DNA from: Candidatus Nealsonbacteria bacterium
GTDB lineage: Bacteria; Patescibacteriota; Minisyncoccia; Minisyncoccales; RBG-13-42-11
Direction of reading: 5' to 3'
DNA length: 64,000 nucleotides
Assembly: GCA_026396115.1 (NCBI GenBank)
Contig: JAPLXL010000004.1
Location: 19,805 to 83,804 of the forward strand
In this document: piece by piece, positions 36,916 through 45,086 of the stretch
How the letters are laid out: each line of letters begins with the position of its first letter
Position numbering within the stretch: the first letter of the stretch is position 1
Notes under the pieces: generated by a model
The model's database searches: none
Seen by the model: the letters and a program-made list of their open reading frames with translations, nothing else
Told to the model about the DNA's origin: nothing
Made by a program: the position numbers and the translations under genes

Positions 36916-37629
36916 CAAACAAATACCATTCCCAAGCATATAGCTATTATTCCCGATGGCAATCGGCGTTGGGCTAAAAAACGAAAGCTTCAACCCTGGA
37001 TTGGCCATCGAGTAGGAGTAAAAGCTTTTGAGAAAATTTTAGAAAAAAGCCGAGAATTAAAAATTCCTTATATTACTTTTTGGGGAGGATCTTGGGATAA
37101 TTTAACTAAAAGATCAAAAACGGAACTTAGTTTTTTATTTAAGATATATACCGAACAATTTAAAAGAATAGTAAAAGATAAAAGAATTCATCAAGATAAA
37201 GTCAAGATTAGTGTTTTGGGACGCTGGAAGGAAGTTTTGCCAAAAATAACGAAAGTCGCAGTTAAAAAAGCCATTGAGGCAACAAAAAATTATAACAATT
37301 ATTTTTTAACCTTTCTTTTGGCTTATAATGGTACGGACGAGATGTTGGATTGCGTCCAAAAAATCGCGGAAATTACACAAGATAAAAAAATAAAAATTAC
37401 CAAAAATTTAATTAAAGAAAATCTTTGGACAAAAGATTTACCGCCTGTTGATCTCGTGATTAGAACCGGCTGCAACCAAGATCCTCACCTTTCAGCTGGC
37501 TTTATGATGTGGGACACAACCTATTCCCAGTTCTATTTTAGCGAAACTTTTTTTCCCGTTTTTGGCCCAAAAGAATTTGAAAAAATCATTGAAGATTTTT
37601 CGGAGAGGGAAAGAAGATTGGGTAGGTAA
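36904..37629 (+). CDS. uppS: Undecaprenyl-diphosphate synthase
   Basis: HIAIIPDGNRRWA, cis-prenyltransferase fold blocks, C-terminal ERRLGR. Confidence 0.93.
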   Translation: METQQTNTIPKHIAIIPDGNRRWAKKRKLQPWIGHRVGVKAFEKILEKSRELKIPYITFWGGSWDNLTKRSKTELSFLFKIYTEQFKRIVKDKRIHQDKVKISVLGRWKEVLPKITKVAVKKAIEATKNYNNYFLTFLLAYNGTDEMLDCVQKIAEITQDKKIKITKNLIKENLWTKDLPPVDLVIRTGCNQDPHLSAGFMMWDTTYSQFYFSETFFPVFGPKEFEKIIEDFSERERRLGR

Positions 37630-37686
37630 GACGAAGAGGGCTTTGCCCTCTTCTTTACCTTCGTTTTCATAAATGAAAACTCGGTG
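37630..37686 (+). repeat. GCPE repeat, full form
   Basis: GACGAAGAGGGCtttGCCCTCTTCTTTACCTTC-GTTTTCataaatGAAAAC-TCGGTG. Confidence 0.9.
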
Positions 37687-37705
37687 AAAGAAGATTAGGC
37701 ACTTA

Positions 37706-37760
37706 GGCGAAGAATATTCATTCTTCTTCATTTTCGCTTTTATTACATAAAAGCTCAATA
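37706..37760 (+). repeat. GCPE repeat, full form (AT-shifted)
   Basis: GGCGAAGAATAttcATTCTTCTTCATTTTC-GCTTTTATtacATAAAAGC-TCAATA. Confidence 0.75.
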
Positions 37761-37773
37761 ATAAAATAAAAAA

Positions 37774-37791
37774 TCCCGCGTTACCGCGGGA
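37774..37791. terminator. GC-rich hairpin, candidate bidirectional terminator at the strand-switch point
   Basis: AAAAAA-TCCCGCGttaCCGCGGGA-ACAAAAGGTTTTT. Confidence 0.55.
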
Positions 37792-38055
37792 ACAAAAGGT
37801 TTTTATCTTTTAGTTTTTTTCCTCTTAATATTATGACGGTTTTATTAACTATTTATTACACAAATAAATTGAAGATAAGTCAAGCATAATTTTCATTTAA
37901 TACCCTCGCCATATTTATTGTGCGACAGATATATGGAAAAGAACTTTGTGGGCTAGGGGAAGGTAATTTTATACTTATTCAGGAGGAAAACAGTTCAGAA
38001 GGGCTTCTAGGGCCTAAAAATAAGGCAAAAAAAGAATTTATCCCAAAATTTCAGC

Positions 38056-38135
38056 GCTCAATGAATATAAAATTCATTTCGCCTTTGAGCTCAATGAATA
38101 TAAAATTCATTTCGCCTTCGATATTGATTCGGCTA
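38056..38135 (+). repeat. GCPE-architecture variant with TGAAT arms, SL1 unit duplicated in tandem
   Basis: GCTCAATGAATATAAAATTCATTTCGCCT occurs twice (38056-38084, 38088-38116), then TCGATATTGATTCGGCTA tail; overlaps the 3' end of gene 38107..38625. Confidence 0.65.
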
Positions 38136-38625
38136 TAGAAAGCCATTTTTGGCCCTGAATCTTCTTAATTTTGTATTTTTGCATTATTTTCTGTATTTCT
38201 ATTAATTGCAGAAAATCTTCTTTTTTCCATTCTTTAATTGCTTTTCCTTTGTTTTGAAAAAGGATTTCGATGGCTTTGCTCCACCATTCAGAATTCTGTT
38301 TTCTGTTTCCGGACAAGTCATATTCCTTGAAAAAGGGAATTACTTTATTGTAAAGATCGTCAATGCTTTGAACGGAATATCTGATTTTGTTTTCACCGAC
38401 AAAATGAAGCAGGCCGCAATTAAGAGAATTTTGGATTTTTCTTAATAAATCTTCATCTTTATATTTTCCCATAACCACAAACTGAGCTTTCCATCCATAA
38501 TAAACGGGACGATTGGTTCTTTTATATTTAACATCCCTTCTAAACTGCAAGTCAAAACAACCTTGACTATTTATAAAATCAATAATTTGTTTTTTTGATG
38601 ATATTTTTTCTTTTGCTTTGTTCAT
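38107..38625 (-). CDS. Free-standing LAGLIDADG-type endonuclease-like protein
   Basis: IIDFINSQGCF (compare GFxDxEGCF), later VIPFFKEYDLSGNRKQNSEWWSKAI (compare IPFFxKYxLxGxKxxDF); the acidic residue before G is Gln. Confidence 0.6.
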   Translation of the reverse strand: MNKAKEKISSKKQIIDFINSQGCFDLQFRRDVKYKRTNRPVYYGWKAQFVVMGKYKDEDLLRKIQNSLNCGLLHFVGENKIRYSVQSIDDLYNKVIPFFKEYDLSGNRKQNSEWWSKAIEILFQNKGKAIKEWKKEDFLQLIEIQKIMQKYKIKKIQGQKWLSIAESISKAK

Positions 38626-38633
38626 GTGATTGA

Positions 38634-39581
38634 TTATTCCTTTAGGCTGTGGAATTTTCGATGAATATCTCGAAGTTGTTTGCTGGTAACATGAGCATAA
38701 ATTTGAGTGGCAGCAATACTTTTGTGGCCTAGAAACTCTTGGATGGTTCTTAAATCTACTCCTTGGTTAAGTAAATCGGTAGCGAAACTATGCCTCATCA
38801 CATGGGGAGTGGTTGTCAGTGGTAATCCAGCTAAAATGGCGCATTTTTTAATTATTTTTTCAATTGAACGAGGAGTTAATCTCCGGGGAGCCCTAATTTT
38901 GGAGCGATAATTAATAAATAAAGCTTTCTCTTTATCTTTACGCGTTTCAAGATATTTTTTTAACCAAAATAAAGCTCTTTGAGAGAAATAAACCGTTCGA
39001 ATTCTCCCTCCTTTACCAACGATTGAGAGTTCCAATTCTTCCATTCCTAGCTTTATTTTAATTTGCTCCCGGTTTAATGCTGTAAGTTCGGCTATTCTCG
39101 TACCCGTTGAAAACAAGGTTTCTAAAATAGCGCGGTCCCTTAAACCTTGAATTTTAGAAACATCGGGAGTTAAAAATAGTTTTTCTAATTGTTCTAAATT
39201 TAAAAAACGAACTTGTCTTTCACCTTTATCTTTGGCTAATTTTATTTTTTCTGCTGGTAGAGAGAGAATGTCGCGGTCGGCAAAATAGTTTAGGAGGGAC
39301 CTGAGGGCTATTAAATAATAATTCTGAGTTGACTTTTTGAGGGGTTGCTTGGTTTTAGGGAGATATTGGCGAGAAAGGAAGAGGCGGTATTTCCAGATGT
39401 GTTCGGGAGTTAATTCGTGCGGCTTCAAATTTTCTAAGCTACTTATTTCTAGCCAATCAAAAAATCTTTTCAGAAATCTTGCATAATTTTCTTGAGATTT
39501 TGATGATAAACCTTTCTCAATCTCAAGCCAGTCCAGAAAATCTGATAGATGGTGGGGGATTGGTTTTGGGCTTTTCTCCAT
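38634..39581 (-). CDS. Tyrosine recombinase (XerC/XerD-like integrase)
   Basis: SAM-like N-domain; catalytic blocks GTRIAEL, HVMRHSFATDLL, LGHKSIAATQIYAHV. Confidence 0.87.
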   Translation of the reverse strand: MEKSPKPIPHHLSDFLDWLEIEKGLSSKSQENYARFLKRFFDWLEISSLENLKPHELTPEHIWKYRLFLSRQYLPKTKQPLKKSTQNYYLIALRSLLNYFADRDILSLPAEKIKLAKDKGERQVRFLNLEQLEKLFLTPDVSKIQGLRDRAILETLFSTGTRIAELTALNREQIKIKLGMEELELSIVGKGGRIRTVYFSQRALFWLKKYLETRKDKEKALFINYRSKIRAPRRLTPRSIEKIIKKCAILAGLPLTTTPHVMRHSFATDLLNQGVDLRTIQEFLGHKSIAATQIYAHVTSKQLRDIHRKFHSLKE

Positions 39582-39921
39582 AGTCTCTATATTAATAAAC
39601 GCTTAAGTATAATTATGCGAATCTTACTTTAATAATAAAATAGTTCAAAGACCCTTGTCAAGGGGAAAAATCTCTATCCCCTGACAGTATAGAGGTAATA
39701 AAAAAGGGAAAGAGTGCCGAGAAGCACAAGGTGACCATTCATGGAGGATTTTGAGCCCAACCCCTCTCTCCACTTTTATAATAAAATACTCTTCCTTACC
39801 TTATCTAACGATAGAAATCCACAACAGAAGTCAACACAAAACAAAAAAACGTTAAATTCCCTACCTTAATGTTTTCTAACGTTTTATTTTGTTTTAGATA
39901 TGTCGCACAATATTATCTTTA

Positions 39922-40278
39922 TTACTTTATCAATTCTTTAAATTTTTCCCACAAAGATTTACCGGTTTTCGGTACTTCTGTTTTTAATTCTTCTTTCATT
40001 TCTTCTTTTTCCCCTTCAAACCCTTCTTTTAAAATATCTTTTCTTTTTTCAATTTCCGGCCTTATCCAGTTTTCAACTCTGGACCAAATATTTACTTTGA
40101 ACCAATCCCACATTTTCTGCCAAATTGGCAGGATTTCTTCTTTCACGAACTTTCGCACAGCGAAAGCGAAGGTGGAGAAGAAGGAATCTTCTTCGACCCA
40201 GGTTTCTTCGACTTGGCCAAAAGAAAAATTAGGCAACAAAACACCAACCATTATTGAAATTACTATTATGTTCTTCAT
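39922..40278 (-). CDS. Small secreted Trp/Lys/Glu-rich protein with repeat-derived segment
   Basis: Signal-like N-terminus MKNIIVISIMVGVLLPNFSFG; residues about 28-45 ([17 protein letters not shown]) encoded by repeat 40145-40197. Confidence 0.5.
   Translation of the reverse strand: MKNIIVISIMVGVLLPNFSFGQVEETWVEEDSFFSTFAFAVRKFVKEEILPIWQKMWDWFKVNIWSRVENWIRPEIEKRKDILKEGFEGEKEEMKEELKTEVPKTGKSLWEKFKELIK
40145..40197 (-). repeat. GCPE repeat, full form, in frame in small ORF
   Basis: ACGAACTTTCGCacaGCGAAAGCGAAGGTGGAGAAGAAGGAatCTTCTTCGAC. Confidence 0.88.
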
Positions 40279-40280
40279 AT

Positions 40281-40337
40281 ACCGAACTTTCGCGCAGTGA
40301 AAGCGAAGGTGAAGAAGAAAACGAAGTTTTCTTCGCC
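40281..40337 (-). repeat. GCPE repeat, full form
   Basis: ACCGAACTTTCGCgcaGTGAAAGCGAAGGTGAAGAAGAAAACgaaGTTTTCTTCGCC; 2 nt from ATG at 40278 (GTTCGGTATATG on gene strand). Confidence 0.9.
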
Positions 40338-40338
40338 T

Positions 40339-41916
40339 TTAAAGCAGTTTTTTTGCTTCTTTTATTCTTTTTAATGTTTTTTCTTTGGCCAAAATTTCTG
40401 CAATTTCAAAAGGGCTGGCCGATGCTTGTTTTCCGGTTAAGGCAACCCTAAGAGGCCAAAGAAGGTATCCCCTATCCTTTTGTGCTGCGGGGTCCATTTT
40501 TTCTGCTTCTGGCAGCAAAACGCTCTCTAAATTTTCCTTATTCCAATTTTCTATTTTTATTTTAGATAAAAGTTTTTTTAATCTGTCAAGAGAATTTTTT
40601 ATTTCTTTATCTGACATTTCTTTCCATTTTAACAGATCTTTATTATAGACGAGTTTTTCTTTAAAGAAAAAATCAGTTAATTCAACAATTTCTGATAATT
40701 TTTTTAATCTTTCTTGATAGATTGAGACAATTTTTTGAATAGTTTCCAAATATATCTCTTCTCCCGTTTCAGAAATTTTATATTTTTGAATTATTTCTTT
40801 AGCTCCGTAAGCTGGCGGATATTGGACTTCTTTAAAGAAAGGCGAAATTAATCCTTCTTCAATTAGATATGGCAAGCAAAGTTCGGTTAATTTCTCTATT
40901 GATTTCTGTCGAATATAAAATCCATTTAAAAAATCTAATTTTTTAATATTAAAAACAGCGCCCGATTTTTGAACTTTTTCTAAAGAAAATTCCTTAACTA
41001 GAGAACTCATTGAATATATTTCTCTTTCATCTCCGGGATTCCATCCCAAAAAGGCCATAAAGTTAATTATGGCTTCGGGCAAATAGCCTTGTTTTTTAAA
41101 TTCTAAAACAGAGGTTGCTCCGTGTCTTTTGCTTAGTTTTGTTTTGTCTGGCCCTAAAATTAAAGGCAGATGGGCGTATGATGGCTTCGAAAAACCCAGA
41201 GCTTCCTGCATTAGAATTTGTTTCGGGGTGTTGGGAATGTGTTCTTCTCCTCTGATTACATGAGAAATTTTCATTTCAAAATCATCAACTACAGCTGCAA
41301 AATTATATAAAGGGCTTTTCAGGTCTTTAGCAATAATTATGTCTCCCATTAGGCCGGCATCAAACTCTAATTTTCCCCGGATTAAATCATCAAAACTTAC
41401 TTTTTTTGCCGGAACTCTGAATCTTATTATTGTTGCTTTTCCTTCGGCTAAATATTTTTTTACGGTTTCTTTGTCCAAATTTGCGCATTTCCCGGAATAA
41501 CGGGGAGCCAAACCTTGAGACATCTGATATTGTCTTTGGGCCTCTAATTCTTGTTGCGAACAAAAGCAATAATAAGCCTTATCTTCGGCTATCAACTTCT
41601 CTATATATTTTTTATAGATATCTGTTCTTTGGCTTTGGCGATAGGGGCCGTATTTTCCTTCGATATCCGGGCCTTCATCCCACTCAATCCCCAGCCACTT
41701 AAAACTTTCTAAAATATTTTTCTCAAACTCCGGTAAAGATCTTTCTAAGTCCGTGTCTTCAATCCTTAAAACAAAACTCCCTTCATTTTTTTTAGCAAAA
41801 AGATAGTTAAAGAGAGCGGCTCTGGCTCCGCCAATATGAAGTAGGCCGGTGGGAGATGGGGCCATTCTCGTTCTTACTTCTCCGGGTTTAATAAATTTAA
41901 ATTCTTCGGCTAACAT
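40339..41916 (-). CDS. gltX: Glutamate--tRNA ligase
   Basis: RMAPSPTGLLHIGGAR (HIGH), KLSKRHG (KMSKS); 525 aa. Confidence 0.94.
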   Translation of the reverse strand: MLAEEFKFIKPGEVRTRMAPSPTGLLHIGGARAALFNYLFAKKNEGSFVLRIEDTDLERSLPEFEKNILESFKWLGIEWDEGPDIEGKYGPYRQSQRTDIYKKYIEKLIAEDKAYYCFCSQQELEAQRQYQMSQGLAPRYSGKCANLDKETVKKYLAEGKATIIRFRVPAKKVSFDDLIRGKLEFDAGLMGDIIIAKDLKSPLYNFAAVVDDFEMKISHVIRGEEHIPNTPKQILMQEALGFSKPSYAHLPLILGPDKTKLSKRHGATSVLEFKKQGYLPEAIINFMAFLGWNPGDEREIYSMSSLVKEFSLEKVQKSGAVFNIKKLDFLNGFYIRQKSIEKLTELCLPYLIEEGLISPFFKEVQYPPAYGAKEIIQKYKISETGEEIYLETIQKIVSIYQERLKKLSEIVELTDFFFKEKLVYNKDLLKWKEMSDKEIKNSLDRLKKLLSKIKIENWNKENLESVLLPEAEKMDPAAQKDRGYLLWPLRVALTGKQASASPFEIAEILAKEKTLKRIKEAKKLL

Positions 41917-41931
41917 TTTTTTATATTTTCT

Positions 41932-42672
41932 TCATCTAGTTAAATATGCCACAAGATAATTGGCAATTATCCAGCCGGCTTCAGGCCTGGAAAATCCTTT
42001 TGCTTCTTCGGACATTTTTTTGAGTGCTTCAGGATCAGTAAAAAGAGATTTTAATTTTTCTAAGAAAAAATGAGAAGTAAAATTATTTTCTTCCATTACT
42101 AAACAAGCGCCGGACTCTTGGTAAGTATAAGCGTTTTTCACCTGATGGTTTTGAGCGGATTCTGATAAAGGAATTAAAACAGAAGGTTTGCCGGCGGCCG
42201 CAATTTCAAAAATACTTCCAGATCCTGCCCGGCTGACAATTAAGTCAGCAGCTGCATAAGCTTGGCGAAGTTCTGGCTCTTTCAAAAAAGGATAAAGATG
42301 ATAAAAGGGTTCCAAATCTTTATTTATTATTAGTTTTAATTCTGCTTTTATTGTTGCATAGTTATTTTTTCCGCATTGATGGATTACTTCAAAGTTTTCC
42401 AAAAGTCGCGGCAGGATTTCTAAAATTTCGTCATTAATTCTCTGGGCTCCTTGCGATCCACCCAGAATTAAAATAACGGGTTTGACTAAGGGCGAAGAAG
42501 ATTTATCTTCTTCTTTACCCTTCGCTGCGGCTCGGGTGGGCGAGGAAATTAAATATTTCACATTGGAAGGGTTTGATGGGGTAAAACCGCTTTTAACCGA
42601 GAGCGAAGAAGATAAATCTTCTTCTTCCCCCTTCGCTACCGCTCGGGAGGGCGAATCTCCTTCTCCGCCCAT
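41932..42672 (-). CDS. murG: MurG C-terminal (UDP-GlcNAc-binding) domain only, fused to about 60 repeat-derived residues; truncated or split gene
   Basis: ILGGSQGAQ..., SRAGSGSIFEIAAAGKPSVLIP, NHQVKNA blocks match the MurG C-domain; no N-domain ORF upstream on this strand. Confidence 0.6.
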   Translation of the reverse strand: MGGEGDSPSRAVAKGEEEDLSSSLSVKSGFTPSNPSNVKYLISSPTRAAAKGKEEDKSSSPLVKPVILILGGSQGAQRINDEILEILPRLLENFEVIHQCGKNNYATIKAELKLIINKDLEPFYHLYPFLKEPELRQAYAAADLIVSRAGSGSIFEIAAAGKPSVLIPLSESAQNHQVKNAYTYQESGACLVMEENNFTSHFFLEKLKSLFTDPEALKKMSEEAKGFSRPEAGWIIANYLVAYLTR

Positions 42673-43279
42673 TGAAAATATTGTTATTTATCAACAAATT
42701 GATAATGATATCTATTATTTAGATAATTTTGGTCATCTTTTTAAAAACGGGGCAAGAATTACCGCCATGCCCTTCCCAATAAAACAAGAAACTGGATATG
42801 TTTTAGAAATTTTTCAAGGTTTTATCTTTTTACGAGAATTAAATGGTGACTTGTATAAATTTAATCCCGATCTAAAAGTTTTTGAGAATTTTTTTGAAAG
42901 AATCAATTCTTTGAAAATTTCTCCGGATAATAAAAAACTGGCGTATTTCTCAAATCATGAAATCTGGATTCTTTTTTTAAGCGATAAAAACGATCCGCCG
43001 CAAAAAAAAACAGGAGAAAAACTTTTTTTAATTCGTTTATCAGAAGCAATAACCGATGTTTTTTGGATAAACTCTGACTATTTAATCTTTATTGCCGGAG
43101 ACAAGATTAAAATTAGCGAAATAGACGACAGAGACAAACTAAATATTATAGATATTTTTGAAACAAAAAAACTTCCGCAAAACGGAAGCTCCTTGGAAAT
43201 GTTTTGGAATCAATTTGATAAAAAGTTATATCTCTTGAGCGGAAACAATTTATACGGTTCTGGCGCTCTTCTCCCTTAA
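42482..43279 (+). CDS. Hypothetical protein (possible C-terminal beta-propeller-like fragment); N-terminus read from repeats
   Basis: ISPDNKKLAYFSNHEIWIL and DVFWINSDYLIFIAGDKI resemble TolB/PD40-type blade repeats; TTG start; first about 60 aa are GCPE-encoded. Confidence 0.4.
   Translation: MTKGEEDLSSSLPFAAARVGEEIKYFTLEGFDGVKPLLTESEEDKSSSSPFATAREGESPSPPIENIVIYQQIDNDIYYLDNFGHLFKNGARITAMPFPIKQETGYVLEIFQGFIFLRELNGDLYKFNPDLKVFENFFERINSLKISPDNKKLAYFSNHEIWILFLSDKNDPPQKKTGEKLFLIRLSEAITDVFWINSDYLIFIAGDKIKISEIDDRDKLNIIDIFETKKLPQNGSSLEMFWNQFDKKLYLLSGNNLYGSGALLP
42490..42537 (+). repeat. GCPE repeat, short form
   Basis: GGGCGAAGAAGAtttaTCTTCTTCTTTACCCTTCGCTGCGGCTCGGGT. Confidence 0.88.
42601..42648 (+). 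repeat. GCPE repeat, short form
   Basis: GAGCGAAGAAGAtaaaTCTTCTTCTTCCCCCTTCGCTACCGCTCGGGA. Confidence 0.88.
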
Positions 43280-43284
43280 TTCAA

Positions 43285-44055
43285 CTACCAAGCTTCCGAA
43301 GGAAGCGAAGTAGAAGAAGATTTCTTCTTCTCCACCTCAGCTGAAGCTTCGGTAGTTGAAGAAGAGGATTTATCCTCTTCGACTTTCTTTTTAAAATCAT
43401 TCCAATTAATCTCTCCGGCATTAGCTATAGGGCAAACTTCTTTAAATTGGCAATATCTACATTGCCAGTTTTTAGGGTAATCTGGCAATCTATCGGGAAT
43501 AATGTTTTTATCAATCTTTTTTTTAACATCATTTAAGGCGTCCAAGAGAGAAAGGACGCGTTTTTTATCATAATTTACTATAAAATCCTTTAATTGCTGG
43601 TTGTCTTTATTAACGTAAAGCAGTATTCCTCTGGGAATTTTAAAATAATGCAAATAAAGCTGGATTTGATCAATGTTTTCTTCTTTTGGTTCAATCAAGT
43701 TTTTAAAAATCATGCTGTTCATACTCTTGATATCTAAGACATATAAATTCTTTCCGTTACTGATTATGGCATCGGCCCTGCCCGAAATCAATTCCTGAGG
43801 AGGAATGTTTACTTCGGCAGCAACCACATGGATTTCTCTAATGCTTAAAAGAGGTTTCATAATAAGCTGATGAATGTGGTCGCCGTGATCGAATAATCTT
43901 AAAATATTTGCTTCCATTTCTTTCCGGGGCACATTTTTGAATTTAAAAAATATTGCCCTGGCGCATTTGCCGGCATCGGTAATGTAAAAGTGATGCTGTT
44001 CTTTGTCCTTTTGCCTATCCAAATAAAATTTATCAATGAGTTCTCTAAGAAACAT
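43285..44055 (-). CDS. PD-(D/E)XK nuclease, Cas4/RecB-like with Cys cluster; repeat-derived C-terminal tail
   Basis: GRADAI, VLDIKS (D-x-K), QIQLYLHY; one N-terminal Cys (GKCARA) plus CRYCQFKEVC; last about 35 aa encoded by repeat 43287-43383. Confidence 0.62.
   Translation of the reverse strand: MFLRELIDKFYLDRQKDKEQHHFYITDAGKCARAIFFKFKNVPRKEMEANILRLFDHGDHIHQLIMKPLLSIREIHVVAAEVNIPPQELISGRADAIISNGKNLYVLDIKSMNSMIFKNLIEPKEENIDQIQLYLHYFKIPRGILLYVNKDNQQLKDFIVNYDKKRVLSLLDALNDVKKKIDKNIIPDRLPDYPKNWQCRYCQFKEVCPIANAGEINWNDFKKKVEEDKSSSSTTEASAEVEKKKSSSTSLPSEAW
43287..43383 (-). repeat. GCPE triple composite unit
   Basis: ACCAAGCTTCCgaaGGAAGCGAAGTAGAAGAAGAtttCTTCTTC-TCCACCTCAGCTGAAGCTTCGGTAG-TTGAAGAAGAGGAtttaTCCTCTTCGAC. 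Confidence 0.88.
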
Positions 44056-44062
44056 AAATTTT

Positions 44063-44118
44063 TATCTCTTCGACCGCCGAACCGCAGTGAGGCTGAAGAA
44101 GAGATTTATCTCTTCGAC
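44063..44118 (-). repeat. GCPE repeat, variant
   Basis: TATCTCTTCGACCGCCGAACCGCAGTGAGGCTGAAGAAGAGATttATCTCTTCGAC; its SL1 arm supplies the rpsI ..SKR-stop codons. Confidence 0.7.
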
Positions 44119-44636
44119 CACTGAGGGGCTCTTCTGGCTCTTTTTAAGCCGAATTTCTTTCTTTCCCGCATTCTCGGATCTCTTTTTAAATAACCTGCCT
44201 TTTTTAGTTTTTTTCTAAAGTCGGGGTTAAACAAAACCAAAGCTCTGGCCACTCCGTGCCTAACAGCTTCAGCTTGTGAAACCGTCCCCCCTCCCTTTAC
44301 TTTTACTGAAACTTTAAATTGTTCCAGGCAATCCATTAAATTTAAGGGAGCATAAACTGCTTGCTGAAGTTCTATCGTTGGAAAATATTCTTCTAAAGGT
44401 TTTTCGTTAACCACCGAGCTTTCGCGAAGCGAAAGCGAAGGTAAAGAAGAGGACGAAGTCCTCTTCGACGAACCCCCTTCTTTCCGGGAAAAAAGGCGAA
44501 CCCTGGCAACGGCTGTTTTTCTTCTTCCCACGCCTTCAAAATATTTTTCTTTTTTTGTCTTCAAGGGCTCTTTGGTTTTTTTAGCGATAACGGTTTTTTT
44601 CGTTTTTTTTGTCATTGTTTTTTTCATAAATCGCAT
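44106..44636 (-). CDS. rpsI: 30S ribosomal protein S9 with in-frame repeat insertion
   Basis: GRRKTAVARVRL, VKGGGTVSQAEAVRHG, C-terminal RRAPQWSKR; Lys-rich N-terminal extension; 19-codon insert. Confidence 0.93.
   Translation of the reverse strand: MRFMKKTMTKKTKKTVIAKKTKEPLKTKKEKYFEGVGRRKTAVARVRLFSRKEGGSSKRTSSSSLPSLSLRESSVVNEKPLEEYFPTIELQQAVYAPLNLMDCLEQFKVSVKVKGGGTVSQAEAVRHGVARALVLFNPDFRKKLKKAGYLKRDPRMRERKKFGLKRARRAPQWSKR
44413..44469 (-). repeat. GCPE repeat, full form, in frame in rpsI (57 bp)
   Basis: ACCGAGCTTTCGCgaaGCGAAAGCGAAGGTAAAGAAGAGGAcgaagTCCTCTTCGAC, read as [19 protein letters not shown]. Confidence 0.92.
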
Positions 44637-44983
44637 TATTCAAATTTTAATCTTTTTATCATTTTTGCTCTTAGTTTATTGTTTGGCAGCATTCCGAAAA
44701 CTGCTTTTTTAAAAACTTCGCTTGGATTTTTTTCAAATAGTTTCTTTAAAGATATCTCTTTTAATCCGCCTAAGTATCCCGAATGGCGATAGTATTTTTT
44801 TTGCTCCATTTTTTTTCCGGTAAATTTCAATCGAGCAACATTCTTAACAATAACAACATCGCCTATGTCTTTGTATGGCGCGAAATCTGATTTATGTTTT
44901 CCGCGCAAAAGCACGGCTATTTCAGCCGCTAATCTACCCAGAACTTTTTCCGCAGCATCAATTGTATGAATTTCTCTTTGCAT
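44636..44983 (-). CDS. rplM: 50S ribosomal protein L13
   Basis: Start moved to ATG 44983 (MQREIHTIDAAEKVLGRLA..); upstream ORF extension is repeat read-through; TAATG overlap with rpsI. Confidence 0.93.
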   Translation of the reverse strand: MQREIHTIDAAEKVLGRLAAEIAVLLRGKHKSDFAPYKDIGDVVIVKNVARLKFTGKKMEQKKYYRHSGYLGGLKEISLKKLFEKNPSEVFKKAVFGMLPNNKLRAKMIKRLKFE

Positions 44984-45083
44984 ACCAAGCCCCGCGCAGC
45001 GGGGCGAATTCGAAGAAGATTCCTTCTTCTCCACCTCAGTTGAAGCTTCGGTAGGTGAAGATGAGAACGAATTTCTCATCGCC
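44984..45083 (-). repeat. GCPE triple composite unit
   Basis: ACCAAGCCCCGCgcaGCGGGGCGAATTCGAAGAAGAttcCTTCTTC-TCCACCTCAGTTGAAGCTTCGGTAG-GTGAAGATGAGAACgaattTCTCATCGCC; abuts rplM ATG. Confidence 0.88.
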
Positions 45084-45086
45084 TTG

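Noticed and set aside
37920-38138. Track ORF 37920..38138 (+)
   Set aside because: It has no recognisable features. Its C-terminal half is the tandem-duplicated TGAAT-arm repeat (..SMNIKFISPLSSMNIKFISPS..), and it overlaps the end of the LAGLIDADG-like gene.
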